Of a DNA stretch of 61,035 bases, positions 1 through 9,200 are shown one piece after another. The position numbers and the translations under genes were made by a program. The notes below the pieces were generated by a model that worked only from the letters and a program-made list of their open reading frames with translations, made no database searches and had not been told where the DNA came from. How positions within the stretch are numbered: position 1 is the stretch's first letter; each line of letters opens with the position of its first letter. The DNA is taken from positions 1 through 61,035 of the forward strand of contig CADCNE010000004.1 of the NCBI GenBank assembly GCA_902802805.1, given 5' to 3'. This stretch comes from an uncultured Eubacteriales bacterium (GTDB taxonomy: Bacteria; Bacillota; Clostridia; Christensenellales; CAG-138).

Positions 1-302
1 TCCCTGGTGGGATCGTCCTTGGGGATGCCGTAGGCCCGAGAGAGGGGCTCGAAGGCCACGGCGTCCTTCTCTACGCAATCGAGAAGCCGGACCCTGAGAT
101 CCTGGGCCCGGGCCATGAGGGCACGGAGGTCCGCCTCCACATCGGCGAACTTCTTCTTGCCCACGGTGAGCTCCCCCACCATGTCGCCGAGAGCGATGCC
201 CACCGCCCCCACCAGGGCGCAGGCGCCGCCCCCGCCGGGGACCGGGGCGGGGGAAGCGAGCTGCTCCGTAAACGCTGTGACGCTGCCGTTGATGAGATCC
301 AT
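1..302 (-). CDS. cyclodeaminase/cyclohydrolase-family protein (formimidoyl-THF cyclodeaminase / methenyl-THF cyclohydrolase type); N-terminal ~100 codons only, the 3' end lies outside the window
   Basis: Absent from the ORF track because it is open at the window edge. Hand translation from the ATG at 302-300 gives MDLINGSVTAFTEQLASPAPVPGGGGACALVGAVGIALGDMVGEL. This has the same PxPGGG..AL..G signature as the 7906..8538 product. It starts 13 nt downstream of fhs on the same strand. Confidence 0.7.
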   Translation of the reverse strand, partial: MDLINGSVTAFTEQLASPAPVPGGGGACALVGAVGIALGDMVGELTVGKKKFADVEADLRALMARAQDLRVRLLDCVEKDAVAFEPLSRAYGIPKDDPTR

Positions 303-315
303 GGGGCGCTCCTTC

Positions 316-1992
316 TCAGAACAGGCCGGAGATGACGCCGTTCTCGTCCACGTCGATCTTCTCCGCCGCAGGGACCTTGGGGAGGCCCGGCATGGTCATG
401 ATGTCGCCGGTGTAGGCCACGATGAAGCCCGCGCCGGAGCAGACCTTCAGGTCCGTCACGGTCAGGGTAAAGCCCTGGGGCGCGCCCAGGAGCTTGGGAT
501 CGTCGGAGAAGGAGTACTGGGTCTTGGCCATGCAGATGGGCATATGATCGAAGCCCAGGTCGGTCAAGAGCTGCGCCTTCTTCTTCGCCGCGGGCAGGAA
601 ATCCACGTCCTTGGCGTGGTAGATGCGCTGGGCGATGGCGGTGATCTTGCTCAAAATGGGCTGCTCGAGATCGTACACGAAGCCGAAGTGGTTCTCCTCC
701 TCGCAGAGCCGGACCACCTCTTCGGCCAGGGCCTTGCCGCCCTCGCCGCCCTTGGCCCACACCTCGGAGAGGGCCACGTTCACGCCCAGCTCTTTGCACT
801 TTGCGGCCACCAGATCGAGCTCCGTCTGGGTGTCCGTGGGGAAGGCGTTGATGGCCACCACGCAGGGTACGCCGTAGACGTTCTTCACGTTGTCCACGTG
901 CTGGAGGAGGTTGGGGAGGCCCTTCTCGAGAGCTTCCAAATTCTCCGCGTTCAGATCAGCCTTCGCCACGCCCCCGTGGTACTTGAGGGCCCGGACCGTG
1001 GCCACGATGACCACCGCCGAGGGGGTCAGGCCCGCCATGCGGCACTTGATATCCACGAACTTCTCCGCACCGAGGTCCGCGGCGAAGCCGGCCTCGGTGA
1101 CGGTGTAGTCGGCGAGCTTCAGAGCGAGGCGGGTGGCCATGACGCTGTTGCAGCCGTGGGCGATGTTGGCGAAGGGGCCGCCGTGGATGAAGGCGGGGGT
1201 GCCCTCCAGGGTCTGGACCAGGTTGGGCTTCAGGGCGTCTTTCAGCAGGGCCGCCATGGCGCCTTCGGCCTTCAGGTCGTGGGCGGTGACGGGCTTGCCG
1301 GCGTAGGTGTAGCCCACGATGATGCGGCCGAGGCGCGCCTTGAGATCGGTGATGCTGCTCGACAGGCACAGGACCGCCATGACCTCGCTGGCTACGGTGA
1401 TCTCAAAGCCGTCCTCCCGGGGCACGCCCTGGACCTTGCCGCCCAGGCCGTCCACGATGTGCCGAAGCTGCCGGTCGTTCATGTCCACGGCCCGCTTCCA
1501 GGTGATCTGCTTGGGGTCGATGCCCAGGCTGTTCCCCTGCTGGATGTGGTTGTCCAGCATGGCCGCCAGCAGGTTGTTGGCCGCGCCGATGGCGTGGAAA
1601 TCGCCGGTGAAGTGCAGGTTGATGTCCTCCATGGGCACCACCTGGGCATAGCCGCCGCCGGCGGCCCCGCCCTTGACGCCGAACACGGGACCCAGAGAGG
1701 GCTCCCGGAGGGCCACCATGGCGTTCTTGCCGAGCTTGCGGAGGCCGTCGGTGAGGCCCACGCTGGTGGTGGTCTTCCCCTCGCCCGCGGGGGTGGGGGT
1801 GATGGCGGTGACCAGGATCAGCTTGCCGTCGGGCCGGTCAGCAAGGTCGCGAAGGAGGGAAAGGTCGATCTTCGCCTTATAGTTGCCGTACTGCTCCAGG
1901 TACTTCTCCTCGATGCCCGCCTTGGCGGCGATCTTGAGGATGGGCTGCTTCTCGCATTCCTGGGCGATCATGATGTCAGATTTGTATTCCAT
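316..1992 (-). CDS. fhs: formate--tetrahydrofolate ligase
   Basis: 558 aa [37 protein letters not shown]-loop and full-length FTHFS-like sequence. GGAGGA RBS upstream of the ATG at 1992. Confidence 0.95.
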   Translation of the reverse strand: MEYKSDIMIAQECEKQPILKIAAKAGIEEKYLEQYGNYKAKIDLSLLRDLADRPDGKLILVTAITPTPAGEGKTTTSVGLTDGLRKLGKNAMVALREPSLGPVFGVKGGAAGGGYAQVVPMEDINLHFTGDFHAIGAANNLLAAMLDNHIQQGNSLGIDPKQITWKRAVDMNDRQLRHIVDGLGGKVQGVPREDGFEITVASEVMAVLCLSSSITDLKARLGRIIVGYTYAGKPVTAHDLKAEGAMAALLKDALKPNLVQTLEGTPAFIHGGPFANIAHGCNSVMATRLALKLADYTVTEAGFAADLGAEKFVDIKCRMAGLTPSAVVIVATVRALKYHGGVAKADLNAENLEALEKGLPNLLQHVDNVKNVYGVPCVVAINAFPTDTQTELDLVAAKCKELGVNVALSEVWAKGGEGGKALAEEVVRLCEEENHFGFVYDLEQPILSKITAIAQRIYHAKDVDFLPAAKKKAQLLTDLGFDHMPICMAKTQYSFSDDPKLLGAPQGFTLTVTDLKVCSGAGFIVAYTGDIMTMPGLPKVPAAEKIDVDENGVISGLF

Positions 1993-2064
1993 GTCATTTC
2001 CTCCAAAGGGTGAAGTAGGATCGGGCGCAGCTGCGCCCCTCGAACCATGTTTGGATCGATCGGC

Positions 2065-2511
2065 TCACTCCGAGTCCTCGCCGAAGGGCAGGTCCTTGGT
2101 GTAGAAGTAGCTGGAAAGCTCCACGGAGGTCCGGGAATCTCCATAAGTCTTGATGATGGAGAGCAGGGCGTCCAGCTCGTCCGTGTCCCGCACCGAGAAC
2201 CGGAGCAGGGCGTTGTAGGTGCCGATCAGATGGTGGTGCTCCGTGACGGCAGGGTGCTCCTCGCAGAAGGCGCAGAAGGCGGCGTATTTGGCGGGCTCCG
2301 GCGACGCCAGGATGTACCCGCCGACGCCAAAGCCCAGCTTGGCCCGGTTGATGGCGATGCGATAGCCCTCGATGATCCCCTCGTCCTCCAGTTTGTGGAT
2401 GCGTTCAGAGACCGAAGGCGGGGTCAGATTCACTCGTTCGCCGATCTCCCGCAGGGTCATGCGGGCGTCCGCCTGCAAGAGGTTCAAAATCCTTTGATCG
2501 GTGGCGTCCAT
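2065..2511 (-). CDS. Lrp/AsnC family transcriptional regulator
   Basis: 148 aa. MDATDQRILNLLQADARMTLREIGERVNLTPPSVSERIHKLEDEGII is a typical AsnC-type HTH followed by a RAM-type C-terminal domain. Confidence 0.9.
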   Translation of the reverse strand: MDATDQRILNLLQADARMTLREIGERVNLTPPSVSERIHKLEDEGIIEGYRIAINRAKLGFGVGGYILASPEPAKYAAFCAFCEEHPAVTEHHHLIGTYNALLRFSVRDTDELDALLSIIKTYGDSRTSVELSSYFYTKDLPFGEDSE

Positions 2512-2523
2512 AGTTTTTCTCCT

Positions 2524-3750
2524 TTAGCTGATCTTTTGTCCGTTTTTGACGACGGTGTCCACGAGGTTGCTGCCCATGCGGTAGCAGATGTAATTGAGAT
2601 CCTCGGCGTTCCAGATGACCAGGTCCCCCTGCTTGCCCGGTTCCAAAGAGCCCAGCCTGTCCGCCCGATTGATGGCGGCGGCGCCGTTCAGGGTGACGGC
2701 GGTCAGCACCTCCTCGGGGGTCAGCCTGTAGCGAAGGCACCCAAGATTCATGACGAACTGCAGGTTCAAACTGGGGCAGGAGCCGGGGTTGAAGTCCGAG
2801 GCCATGGCCACAGGCACGCCCGCGTCGATCATATCCCGTGCGGGGGCGAAGGTGGAGCCGAGATAAAAGCTGGTGGCGGGCAGCAGGCACGCTACGGTGC
2901 CGGCCTTCGCCATGGCGTCGATGCCTGCGGGGGGACAGACGATGAGGTGCTCGGCGGAGACGGCGCCCACCTCACTGGTCAGCTGAGACCCGCCGATGGG
3001 GTCGATCTCGTCGGCATGGATCTTGGGGATAAGGCCCCATTTTTTGCCCGCCTCCAGGATGGTCTTGGATTCCTCGGCGGAGAAGACGCCGGTCTCGCAG
3101 AACACGTCGCAGAACTCGGCGAGCTTCGCCTGGGCTACGGCGGGGATGACCTCCTCGCAGAGGAGGCGGATATAGGCTTCCCGATCCTCCTTATACTCCT
3201 TGGGCACCGCGTGGGCCCCCAGGAAGGTGGAAACGAGGTCGATGGGGTGGCTCTCGTTGAGGCGCCGGATGGCCCTGAGCTGCTTGAGCTCGTTATCCAT
3301 ATCGAGGCCGTAGCCGCTCTTGGCTTCCACGGTGGTGACGCCCAGGGAGAGCATCTCATCGAGGGCCTCCCGGGCTTTTTCAACGAGCTCGTCCTCGGTA
3401 GCGGTCCGCGTGGCATTGACGGTGGAGAGGATCCCGCCGCCCATGGCGAGAATGTCCAGATAGGTGGCCCCATGGAGCTTCAGCCCCAGCTCGTTCTGCC
3501 GCCAGCCCCCGAAGATAAGGTGGGTGTGGGCGTCCACCAGGCCGGGGGTCACCAGCCTGCCCCGGGCGTCGATGACCTGGGCGTCCGTTTCCTCGGGCTC
3601 GCCGGTGCCGACTTTGGCGATGACGCCGTCCTCGATCACCACATAGGCGTCCTTCAGCACCCGGATCTCGCCTTGCTTAGCGCCGCGGCGGGCGGTCTTG
3701 CCCTCGGGCGTGGCCAGCATGCCGATATTCTTGACGATCAGCTTTCCCAT
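2524..3750 (-). CDS. hutI: imidazolonepropionase
   Basis: 408 aa amidohydrolase with DAHTHLIFGGWR and other HutI-like motifs. Adjacent to hutU. Confidence 0.9.
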   Translation of the reverse strand: MGKLIVKNIGMLATPEGKTARRGAKQGEIRVLKDAYVVIEDGVIAKVGTGEPEETDAQVIDARGRLVTPGLVDAHTHLIFGGWRQNELGLKLHGATYLDILAMGGGILSTVNATRTATEDELVEKAREALDEMLSLGVTTVEAKSGYGLDMDNELKQLRAIRRLNESHPIDLVSTFLGAHAVPKEYKEDREAYIRLLCEEVIPAVAQAKLAEFCDVFCETGVFSAEESKTILEAGKKWGLIPKIHADEIDPIGGSQLTSEVGAVSAEHLIVCPPAGIDAMAKAGTVACLLPATSFYLGSTFAPARDMIDAGVPVAMASDFNPGSCPSLNLQFVMNLGCLRYRLTPEEVLTAVTLNGAAAINRADRLGSLEPGKQGDLVIWNAEDLNYICYRMGSNLVDTVVKNGQKIS

Positions 3751-3815
3751 TTGGTGTGTCCTTTCAAACGCAGGCGGGGAGAGGACCGTTTAAGCCCTCT
3801 CCCTCGGTGTATTCG

Positions 3816-5834
3816 TTACGCCTTCATGCCGCGGACCGCCTCCGCCACCAGGGCGTCGTCGGCCACGTAGGGCATGGTGATGTGGTCCTTGCCGGCGTTC
3901 ATGCGGTTGTATTCCGCGGCGGTGGCCATGGCGTTCTCGTTGCGGGCCCAGCTCCTGCGGGCCACGCCTACCATGGTGTCCCAGGGCATGGCCATCCGGA
4001 GGATGGTGTCCACCCGCTCGGAGCCGTCCAGCACCATGCCGAAGCCGCCGTTGATGGCCCGGCCGATGCCGGTGCCGCCGCCGTTGTGGAGGGCGATGTA
4101 GCTCATGCCCCGGGCCGCGTTGCCCGCGTAGCACTGGGTGGCCATCTCGGCCATGATGTTGGAGCCATCCTTGATGTTGGAGGTCTCCCTAAAGGGGGCG
4201 TCGGTGCCGCCGGTGTCATGGTGGTCACGGCCCAGGATGACGGGGCCGATCTCGCCGTTTCTAACCATCTCGTTGAACTTCAGGGCGATGTTCATGCGGC
4301 CCATGGCGTCCTGATAGAGGATGCGGCACTGGGTGCCCACCACCAGCTTGTTCTTCTTGGCGTCCCGGACCCAGACGTAGTTGTCGTAGTCCTGGTAGCG
4401 GCGGTTGTGGTTCTTGATGTACTCCGCGGCGGCCGCGTCGGTCTTGTCGAGGTCCTCCGACTTGCGGGAGAGGCAGCACCAGCGGAAGGGACCGTAGCCG
4501 AAGTCGAAGAGCTGGGGCCCCAGGATGTCCTCCACGTAGGAGGGGAACACGAAGCCGTCCAGGTCGTTCTCGCCGTTCTTGCAGACGCTCTTGACGCCGG
4601 AATCGTAGACGGCCTTCAGGAAGCTGTTGCCGTAGTCAAAGAAGTAGGTGCCCTTCTCATGGAACTTACAGATCATCTCATAGTGATGATGGAGGGACTT
4701 ATCCACCCACTTGCGGAAGCCCTCGGGATCCTTGTCCAGCATCTCGGTGCGCTCCGCAAAGGTCAGGCCCTGGGGGCAGTAGCCGCCGTCGTAGGGCACG
4801 TGGCAGGAGGTCTGGTCGCTCATAAGGTCCACGTGGACGTTCTTCTCGTAGAGGTACTCCAAAAGGTCCACGATGTTGCCGTTGTAGGCCACGGCGCAGG
4901 CTTCGCCCGCCGCCTGATGGTCCCGGGCGATCTTCACCGCTTCCTCCAAGCTGGCGGTGCGATGGCTGACCCAGCCCTGGGTGTAGCGGGTGTCGATGCG
5001 GGAGTCGTCCACCTCGGCGATGATGGCGGCGGCGCCGGCGATCATGGCCGCCTTGCCCTGGGCGCCGGACATACCGCCGAGGCCCGCGGAGATGAACAGC
5101 TTTCCGGCCAGATTCTGGTCGTTGGGGATGCCCAGCTTCAGCCGGCCGGCGTTCAGCAGGGTGTTGAAAGTGCCGTGGACGATGCCCTGGGGCCCGATGT
5201 ACATCCAGCCGCCGGCGGTCATCTGGCCGTAGTTGGCCACGCCCAGGGCCGCCGCCCGATTGAAGTTCTCCTGATCGTCGAAGGTGCCCACCATGAGGCC
5301 GTTGGAGATGATGACCCGGGGGGCCAGCTTATGGGAGTGGAAGAGGCCCAGGGGATGGCCGGACATGACCACCAGGGTCTGCTCGTCGGTCAGGGTTTCC
5401 AGGTACTTCTTGATGAGGCGATACTGCATCCAGTTCTGGCAGACCTGGCCGGTCTCACCGTAGGTGGTGAGCTCGTAGGGGTAGAGCGCCACGTCGAAGT
5501 CCAGGTTGTTGTCGATCATGACCTGGATAGCCTTGCCCTCGATGCAGTTGCCCTTATACTCGTCGATGGGCTTGCCGTAGAGCTTGCCGGCGGGACGGAA
5601 GCGGTAGCCGTAGATGCGGCCGTGTTCCTCCAGCTCCTGAGCGAACTCTTTGGCCATCTCTTTATGATGGTCGGGATGGATATAACGAAGAGCGTTCTTG
5701 ATGGCCAGGGCCTTGTCGGCCTCGGTCAAATGGGATTCCCGGCGGGGCGCCCGGCGGTACCCCGGCTCCAGGGCGGGGTATTCGGGAAGCTCGTAATCCA
5801 GGGTAAGAGTTTCTGCCGTGTTGAGATCAGTCAT
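3816..5834 (-). CDS. hutU: urocanate hydratase (long clostridial-type form)
   Basis: 672 aa. GLGGMSGAQGKA NAD-binding motif and urocanase-like sequence throughout. AGAGAGGA RBS upstream. Confidence 0.92.
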   Translation of the reverse strand: MTDLNTAETLTLDYELPEYPALEPGYRRAPRRESHLTEADKALAIKNALRYIHPDHHKEMAKEFAQELEEHGRIYGYRFRPAGKLYGKPIDEYKGNCIEGKAIQVMIDNNLDFDVALYPYELTTYGETGQVCQNWMQYRLIKKYLETLTDEQTLVVMSGHPLGLFHSHKLAPRVIISNGLMVGTFDDQENFNRAAALGVANYGQMTAGGWMYIGPQGIVHGTFNTLLNAGRLKLGIPNDQNLAGKLFISAGLGGMSGAQGKAAMIAGAAAIIAEVDDSRIDTRYTQGWVSHRTASLEEAVKIARDHQAAGEACAVAYNGNIVDLLEYLYEKNVHVDLMSDQTSCHVPYDGGYCPQGLTFAERTEMLDKDPEGFRKWVDKSLHHHYEMICKFHEKGTYFFDYGNSFLKAVYDSGVKSVCKNGENDLDGFVFPSYVEDILGPQLFDFGYGPFRWCCLSRKSEDLDKTDAAAAEYIKNHNRRYQDYDNYVWVRDAKKNKLVVGTQCRILYQDAMGRMNIALKFNEMVRNGEIGPVILGRDHHDTGGTDAPFRETSNIKDGSNIMAEMATQCYAGNAARGMSYIALHNGGGTGIGRAINGGFGMVLDGSERVDTILRMAMPWDTMVGVARRSWARNENAMATAAEYNRMNAGKDHITMPYVADDALVAEAVRGMKA

Positions 5835-5895
5835 CCATGTGTCCTCTCTTTCGAAAGATTATAAATGAAGAGTCAAATTGGCTTTTCTACCTTGT

Positions 5896-5919
5896 ATTAT
5901 ACAACAGGCGTGTTATAAT
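5896..5919. promoter_or_regulatory. imperfect inverted repeat in the AT-rich hutU/LysR divergent intergenic region; candidate LysR-type binding site
   Basis: attatacaacaggcgtgttataat (ATAC-N-GTTAT type dyad) lies between divergently transcribed hutU and the LysR gene. Confidence 0.3.
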
Positions 5920-5972
5920 AAAAAATATTTAGTAGGTATTTTTGTAATACCTTTTTGATATGGAGGCAGTAA

Positions 5973-6866
5973 ATGACCATCCGACAGCTGGAATACTTCT
6001 GCGCCACAGCGGAGGAGGGCAGCGTTTCCGCCGCCGCCCGCAAGCTCCACGTGGCCCAGCCGCCCATCTCGAGGCAGATCGCCCTCCTCGAAGAGGAGTT
6101 CGGCACGGCCCTCTTTCGCCGGGGGAACAAGGGCATGAAGCTCACCGAGGCGGGAGAAGGCCTCTACCAGCAGGGACGGCAGTACATCGCGGACATGGCC
6201 CAGCTCACCGAACAGGTCCGTTCCCTGGGCGCAGGCGTCCGGGGCATGGTCCGGGTGGGCACCCTCTACTCCACCATCCCCTACGCCCTGCCCTATCTGC
6301 AGGCCTTTCGGGACGCCTATCCCCAGGTGGAGCTGTATATCCGCATGGGCTCTCCCCAGGACCTGCTGGCGGACCTGAACCTCGGCGCCCTCCACGCCCT
6401 GTTTCTGCGGGCGGGCGTCCGGGAGAGCCTGTCCCTCGGCGGCCGGATCCTGGGGAACGATGAGCTGAAGCTCATCGTCACCGCCGCCTCGGACCCCGCG
6501 CCGGATCTTGCTATCATCCCCCTGGACCGGCTGCGGGACGTACCCATGTGCCTGCTCCGAAGCGACGACATGTGGGGCTACAACGAGTCCCTGGTGAAGG
6601 AATGTCAGCGCTCTGGTTTTTCGCCTCGGATCGTCTGCCAGTGCTACGACACGCCCATGGCCATGCAGCTGGTCCAGTCAGGCTTCGGGGTCAGCTTCCT
6701 GCCCGAGAGCATCGTGAAGACCATGCCCCGTTCGGGCATCTACGCGAAGGCCATCGACGGCCTTCGGGAGTCCTTCTCCGTGGTCCTCACCTGGGATCGG
6801 AACGCCTACCATTCCGGCAGCGTCGAACACTTTCTGCACTTTCAGGAGAGCGGCCAAAACCCCTAA
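5973..6866 (+). CDS. LysR family transcriptional regulator
   Basis: 297 aa. MTIRQLEYFCATAEEGSVSAAARKLHVAQPPISRQIALLEEEFG is a canonical LysR HTH. GGAGG RBS 6 nt upstream. Confidence 0.92.
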   Translation: MTIRQLEYFCATAEEGSVSAAARKLHVAQPPISRQIALLEEEFGTALFRRGNKGMKLTEAGEGLYQQGRQYIADMAQLTEQVRSLGAGVRGMVRVGTLYSTIPYALPYLQAFRDAYPQVELYIRMGSPQDLLADLNLGALHALFLRAGVRESLSLGGRILGNDELKLIVTAASDPAPDLAIIPLDRLRDVPMCLLRSDDMWGYNESLVKECQRSGFSPRIVCQCYDTPMAMQLVQSGFGVSFLPESIVKTMPRSGIYAKAIDGLRESFSVVLTWDRNAYHSGSVEHFLHFQESGQNP

Positions 6867-6977
6867 AAAAAGAAAGCCGCGGCGGGCAAGGAGCGAACTT
6901 TGTTCGTTAACAAAAAATGCCGTCTGTGGTATGATTATGTCGACCCTAAAAGAACAGATTTTCAGGAGGATTTTTCC

Positions 6978-7892
6978 ATGGCCAAACTGGTTGAGACCAT
7001 CCCCAATTTCAGCTGCAGCAAGGAGAAGGACGAGGCCGCCTACAACGCCCTGGTGAAGACCGCCAACAGCGTCCCCGGCTGCACCCTCTTCGACGCTCAG
7101 ACCGACGGCAACCATAACCGCTGCGTCTTCACCCTCATCGGCTCCCCTGAGGCCATCGAGGAGGTGGCCTTCCAGCTGACCAAGACCGCGTCCGAGGTCA
7201 TCGACATGAGAAAGCACCACGGCGAGCACAAGCGCATGGGCGCCACCGACGTGATCCCCTTCGTTCCCCAGATGGACGTGACCGTGGAAGAGTGCGTCGA
7301 GATGAGCAAGCGCCTGGGCCAGCGGATCTGGGACGAGCTCCAGATCCCCTCCTTCCTCTACGAGGACAGCGCCACCCGGCCCGAGCGCCGGAATCTGGCT
7401 ACCTGCCGCAAGGGCGAGTTCGAGGGCATGCCCGAGAAGCTCCTGCAGCCCGAGTGGGCCCCCGACTTCGGGGAGCGGAAGATCCATCCCACCGCCGGCA
7501 TCACCGCCATCGGCGCCCGGATGCCCCTCATCGCCTTCAACTGCAACCTCGCCACCTCCGATGTGGAGATCGCCAAGAAGATCGCCAAGGCCATCCGCGG
7601 CTCCTCCGGCGGCTTCCGCAGCTGCAAGGCCATGGGCTTCATGCTGGAGGATCGGGGCATCGCCCAGGTGTCCATGAACATGGTGAACTACGAGGATACC
7701 CCCCTCTACCTCGCCTATGAGATGATCAACTCCCTGGCCGAGCGGTACGGCACCCGGGTCATCGAGAGCGAGATCGTGGGCCTGACCCCGGCCAAGGCCC
7801 TCATCGATTGCGCCGAGTTCTACCTGAAGGCCAAGGATTTCGACTGCAAGAAGCAGGTGATGGAGTATCACCTGATCGATATGAACCACTGA
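6978..7892 (+). CDS. ftcD: glutamate formimidoyltransferase
   Basis: ORF 6900..7892 trimmed to the ATG at 6978, which is preceded by an AGGAGGA RBS. MAKLVETIPNFS N-terminus and formiminotransferase-like sequence. Lies in a hut context. Confidence 0.88.
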   Translation: MAKLVETIPNFSCSKEKDEAAYNALVKTANSVPGCTLFDAQTDGNHNRCVFTLIGSPEAIEEVAFQLTKTASEVIDMRKHHGEHKRMGATDVIPFVPQMDVTVEECVEMSKRLGQRIWDELQIPSFLYEDSATRPERRNLATCRKGEFEGMPEKLLQPEWAPDFGERKIHPTAGITAIGARMPLIAFNCNLATSDVEIAKKIAKAIRGSSGGFRSCKAMGFMLEDRGIAQVSMNMVNYEDTPLYLAYEMINSLAERYGTRVIESEIVGLTPAKALIDCAEFYLKAKDFDCKKQVMEYHLIDMNH

Positions 7893-7905
7893 GAGGGCTG
7901 CTGAT

Positions 7906-8538
7906 ATGAAGCTTGCAGACATGACCGTCGCCCAGTTCGTGGACACCGTGGCCTCCGACGCCCCCGCCCCCGGCGGCGGCTCCGTGGCCGCTCTCGCCGG
8001 ATCCATCGGCGCGGCCCTCACCGCCATGGTGGGGAATTTGACCCAGGGCCGGAAGAAGTACGCCCAATACGCCGAATTCGCCGCCCAGGTGGAGGCGAAA
8101 GGGAACGAGCTCAAGGCCCGGCTGTTGGACATGATGGACCGGGACACCGAGGCGTTTATGCTGGTCAGCGACGCCTTTTCTATGCCCAAGGCCACCGACG
8201 AGGAAAAGGCCGCCCGCTCCGCCGCCATCCAGGCGGGGCTCAAGGCCTGCACGAAGACGCCCATGGAGATGATGGAGCTCTGCGCCGAGACGGCTGAGCT
8301 GGCGTCCGACTTCGCGGAAAACGGCTTCAACGATTCCTCCGCCAGCGACCTGGGCGTGGCGTTTTTGAGCCTGTCAGCCGCTATTCGCGGCGCCTGGCTG
8401 AACGTTCTCATCAACATCTCCTCCATCAAGGATCAGGCCTTCGCCGACGAGTATCGGGCAAAGGGCCAGGCCCTGCTGGATGACACTTTGCCCCTCTGCG
8501 ACGCGGGGTATGAGAAGGTCCTGGGGATGGTCCGATGA
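7906..8538 (+). CDS. formimidoyltetrahydrofolate cyclodeaminase / methenyl-THF cyclohydrolase family protein
   Basis: 210 aa. DAPAPGGGSVAALAGSIGAALTAMV signature of the FTCD_C family. Immediately downstream of the formimidoyltransferase gene. Confidence 0.88.
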   Translation: MKLADMTVAQFVDTVASDAPAPGGGSVAALAGSIGAALTAMVGNLTQGRKKYAQYAEFAAQVEAKGNELKARLLDMMDRDTEAFMLVSDAFSMPKATDEEKAARSAAIQAGLKACTKTPMEMMELCAETAELASDFAENGFNDSSASDLGVAFLSLSAAIRGAWLNVLINISSIKDQAFADEYRAKGQALLDDTLPLCDAGYEKVLGMVR

Positions 8539-9101
8539 CCCTCACCCGCCTGACCCCTGAAGACTACATCACGACCCGCTGGTCCGGCGGCGCCACCACG
8601 GAGCTCCTCATTCGGCCCCGGGGTACGGCCTACGCCCAGCGGGCCTTTTTGTGCCGCATAAGCTCCGCCACGGTGGAGCTCGACGAGTCCACCTTCACCC
8701 CCCTGCCGGACTACGACCGGCTCATCGCCACGCTGGAAGGTGAGATCGACCTCATCCATGACGGCGGTGATTCCATCCATCTGCGGCCCTATGAGGTCCA
8801 CGCCTTCGACGGCGGCAGCGCCACCCGCTCCTACGGCCGCTGCCGGGACTTCAACCTGATGCTGCGAAAGGGCCGAGCCAAGGGCAGTCTCCTGCCTTTG
8901 ACCGTCTCGGGCGTCTTCGCCCTGTCCCTCTCCCCCGACACACAGACCGCCCTCCTCTACTGCGTCAGCGGTCCCTGCACCGCGGCGGGCGTCCCCCTAT
9001 CTCCCGGCGAGAGCCTGCTTTTGGAGGACGTGGACGTCCCGGTTCTGTCCCTCCGGGGCGACCCCCAGGCCCGGCTGATGCTGGCGGAAATAACTGTTTA
9101 A
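8535..9101 (+). CDS. hutD: HutD/Ves family protein
   Basis: 188 aa. RWSGGATTELLIRP motif. ATGA stop/start overlap with the preceding gene. Confidence 0.75.
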   Translation: MTLTRLTPEDYITTRWSGGATTELLIRPRGTAYAQRAFLCRISSATVELDESTFTPLPDYDRLIATLEGEIDLIHDGGDSIHLRPYEVHAFDGGSATRSYGRCRDFNLMLRKGRAKGSLLPLTVSGVFALSLSPDTQTALLYCVSGPCTAAGVPLSPGESLLLEDVDVPVLSLRGDPQARLMLAEITV

Positions 9102-9120
9102 TTGACCGTATTGAACGATG

Positions 9121-9145
9121 AAAGGACCCGTGACGGGTCCTTTTT
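9121..9145 (+). terminator. rho-independent terminator after hutD
   Basis: aaaggacccg-tga-cgggtccttt stem followed by a T5 run. Confidence 0.8.
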
Positions 9146-9175
9146 GTATAGCTTCTCTCTCTTCGTGGCACAGTA
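9146..9175 (+). promoter_or_regulatory. candidate forespore-type (SigF/SigG-like) promoter upstream of spoVAD
   Basis: gtata (9146-9150), then 18 nt, then cacagta (9169-9175). This is only a partial match to GHATR-N18-CATxHTA. Confidence 0.3.
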
Positions 9176-9200
9176 AAGGAAAAACGAAAGGAACCAGAAG

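Noticed and set aside
115-2013. 632-aa plus-strand ORF, and the 71..799 minus-strand ORF, overlapping fhs
   Set aside because: It is antisense or out-of-frame to a full-length, clearly recognisable fhs gene. The product is low-complexity (Gly/Ala/Arg/His/Leu-rich), typical of high-GC shadow ORFs.
2023-2038. Perfect 16-nt palindrome gggcgcagctgcgccc between the Lrp gene and fhs, considered as a terminator
   Set aside because: No T-run follows it on the transcribed minus strand. It may be a processing or pause site or a protein-binding dyad, but the sequence alone does not support a terminator call.
2047-5864. 607-aa and 702-aa plus-strand ORFs opposite hutI and hutU
   Set aside because: These are shadow ORFs on the antisense strand of well-supported genes. 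No recognisable motifs, and no RBS.
6678-8429. 583-aa minus-strand ORF across the formimidoyltransferase and cyclodeaminase genes
   Set aside because: Antisense to two recognisable genes. The composition is biased toward Gly/Ala/Leu.
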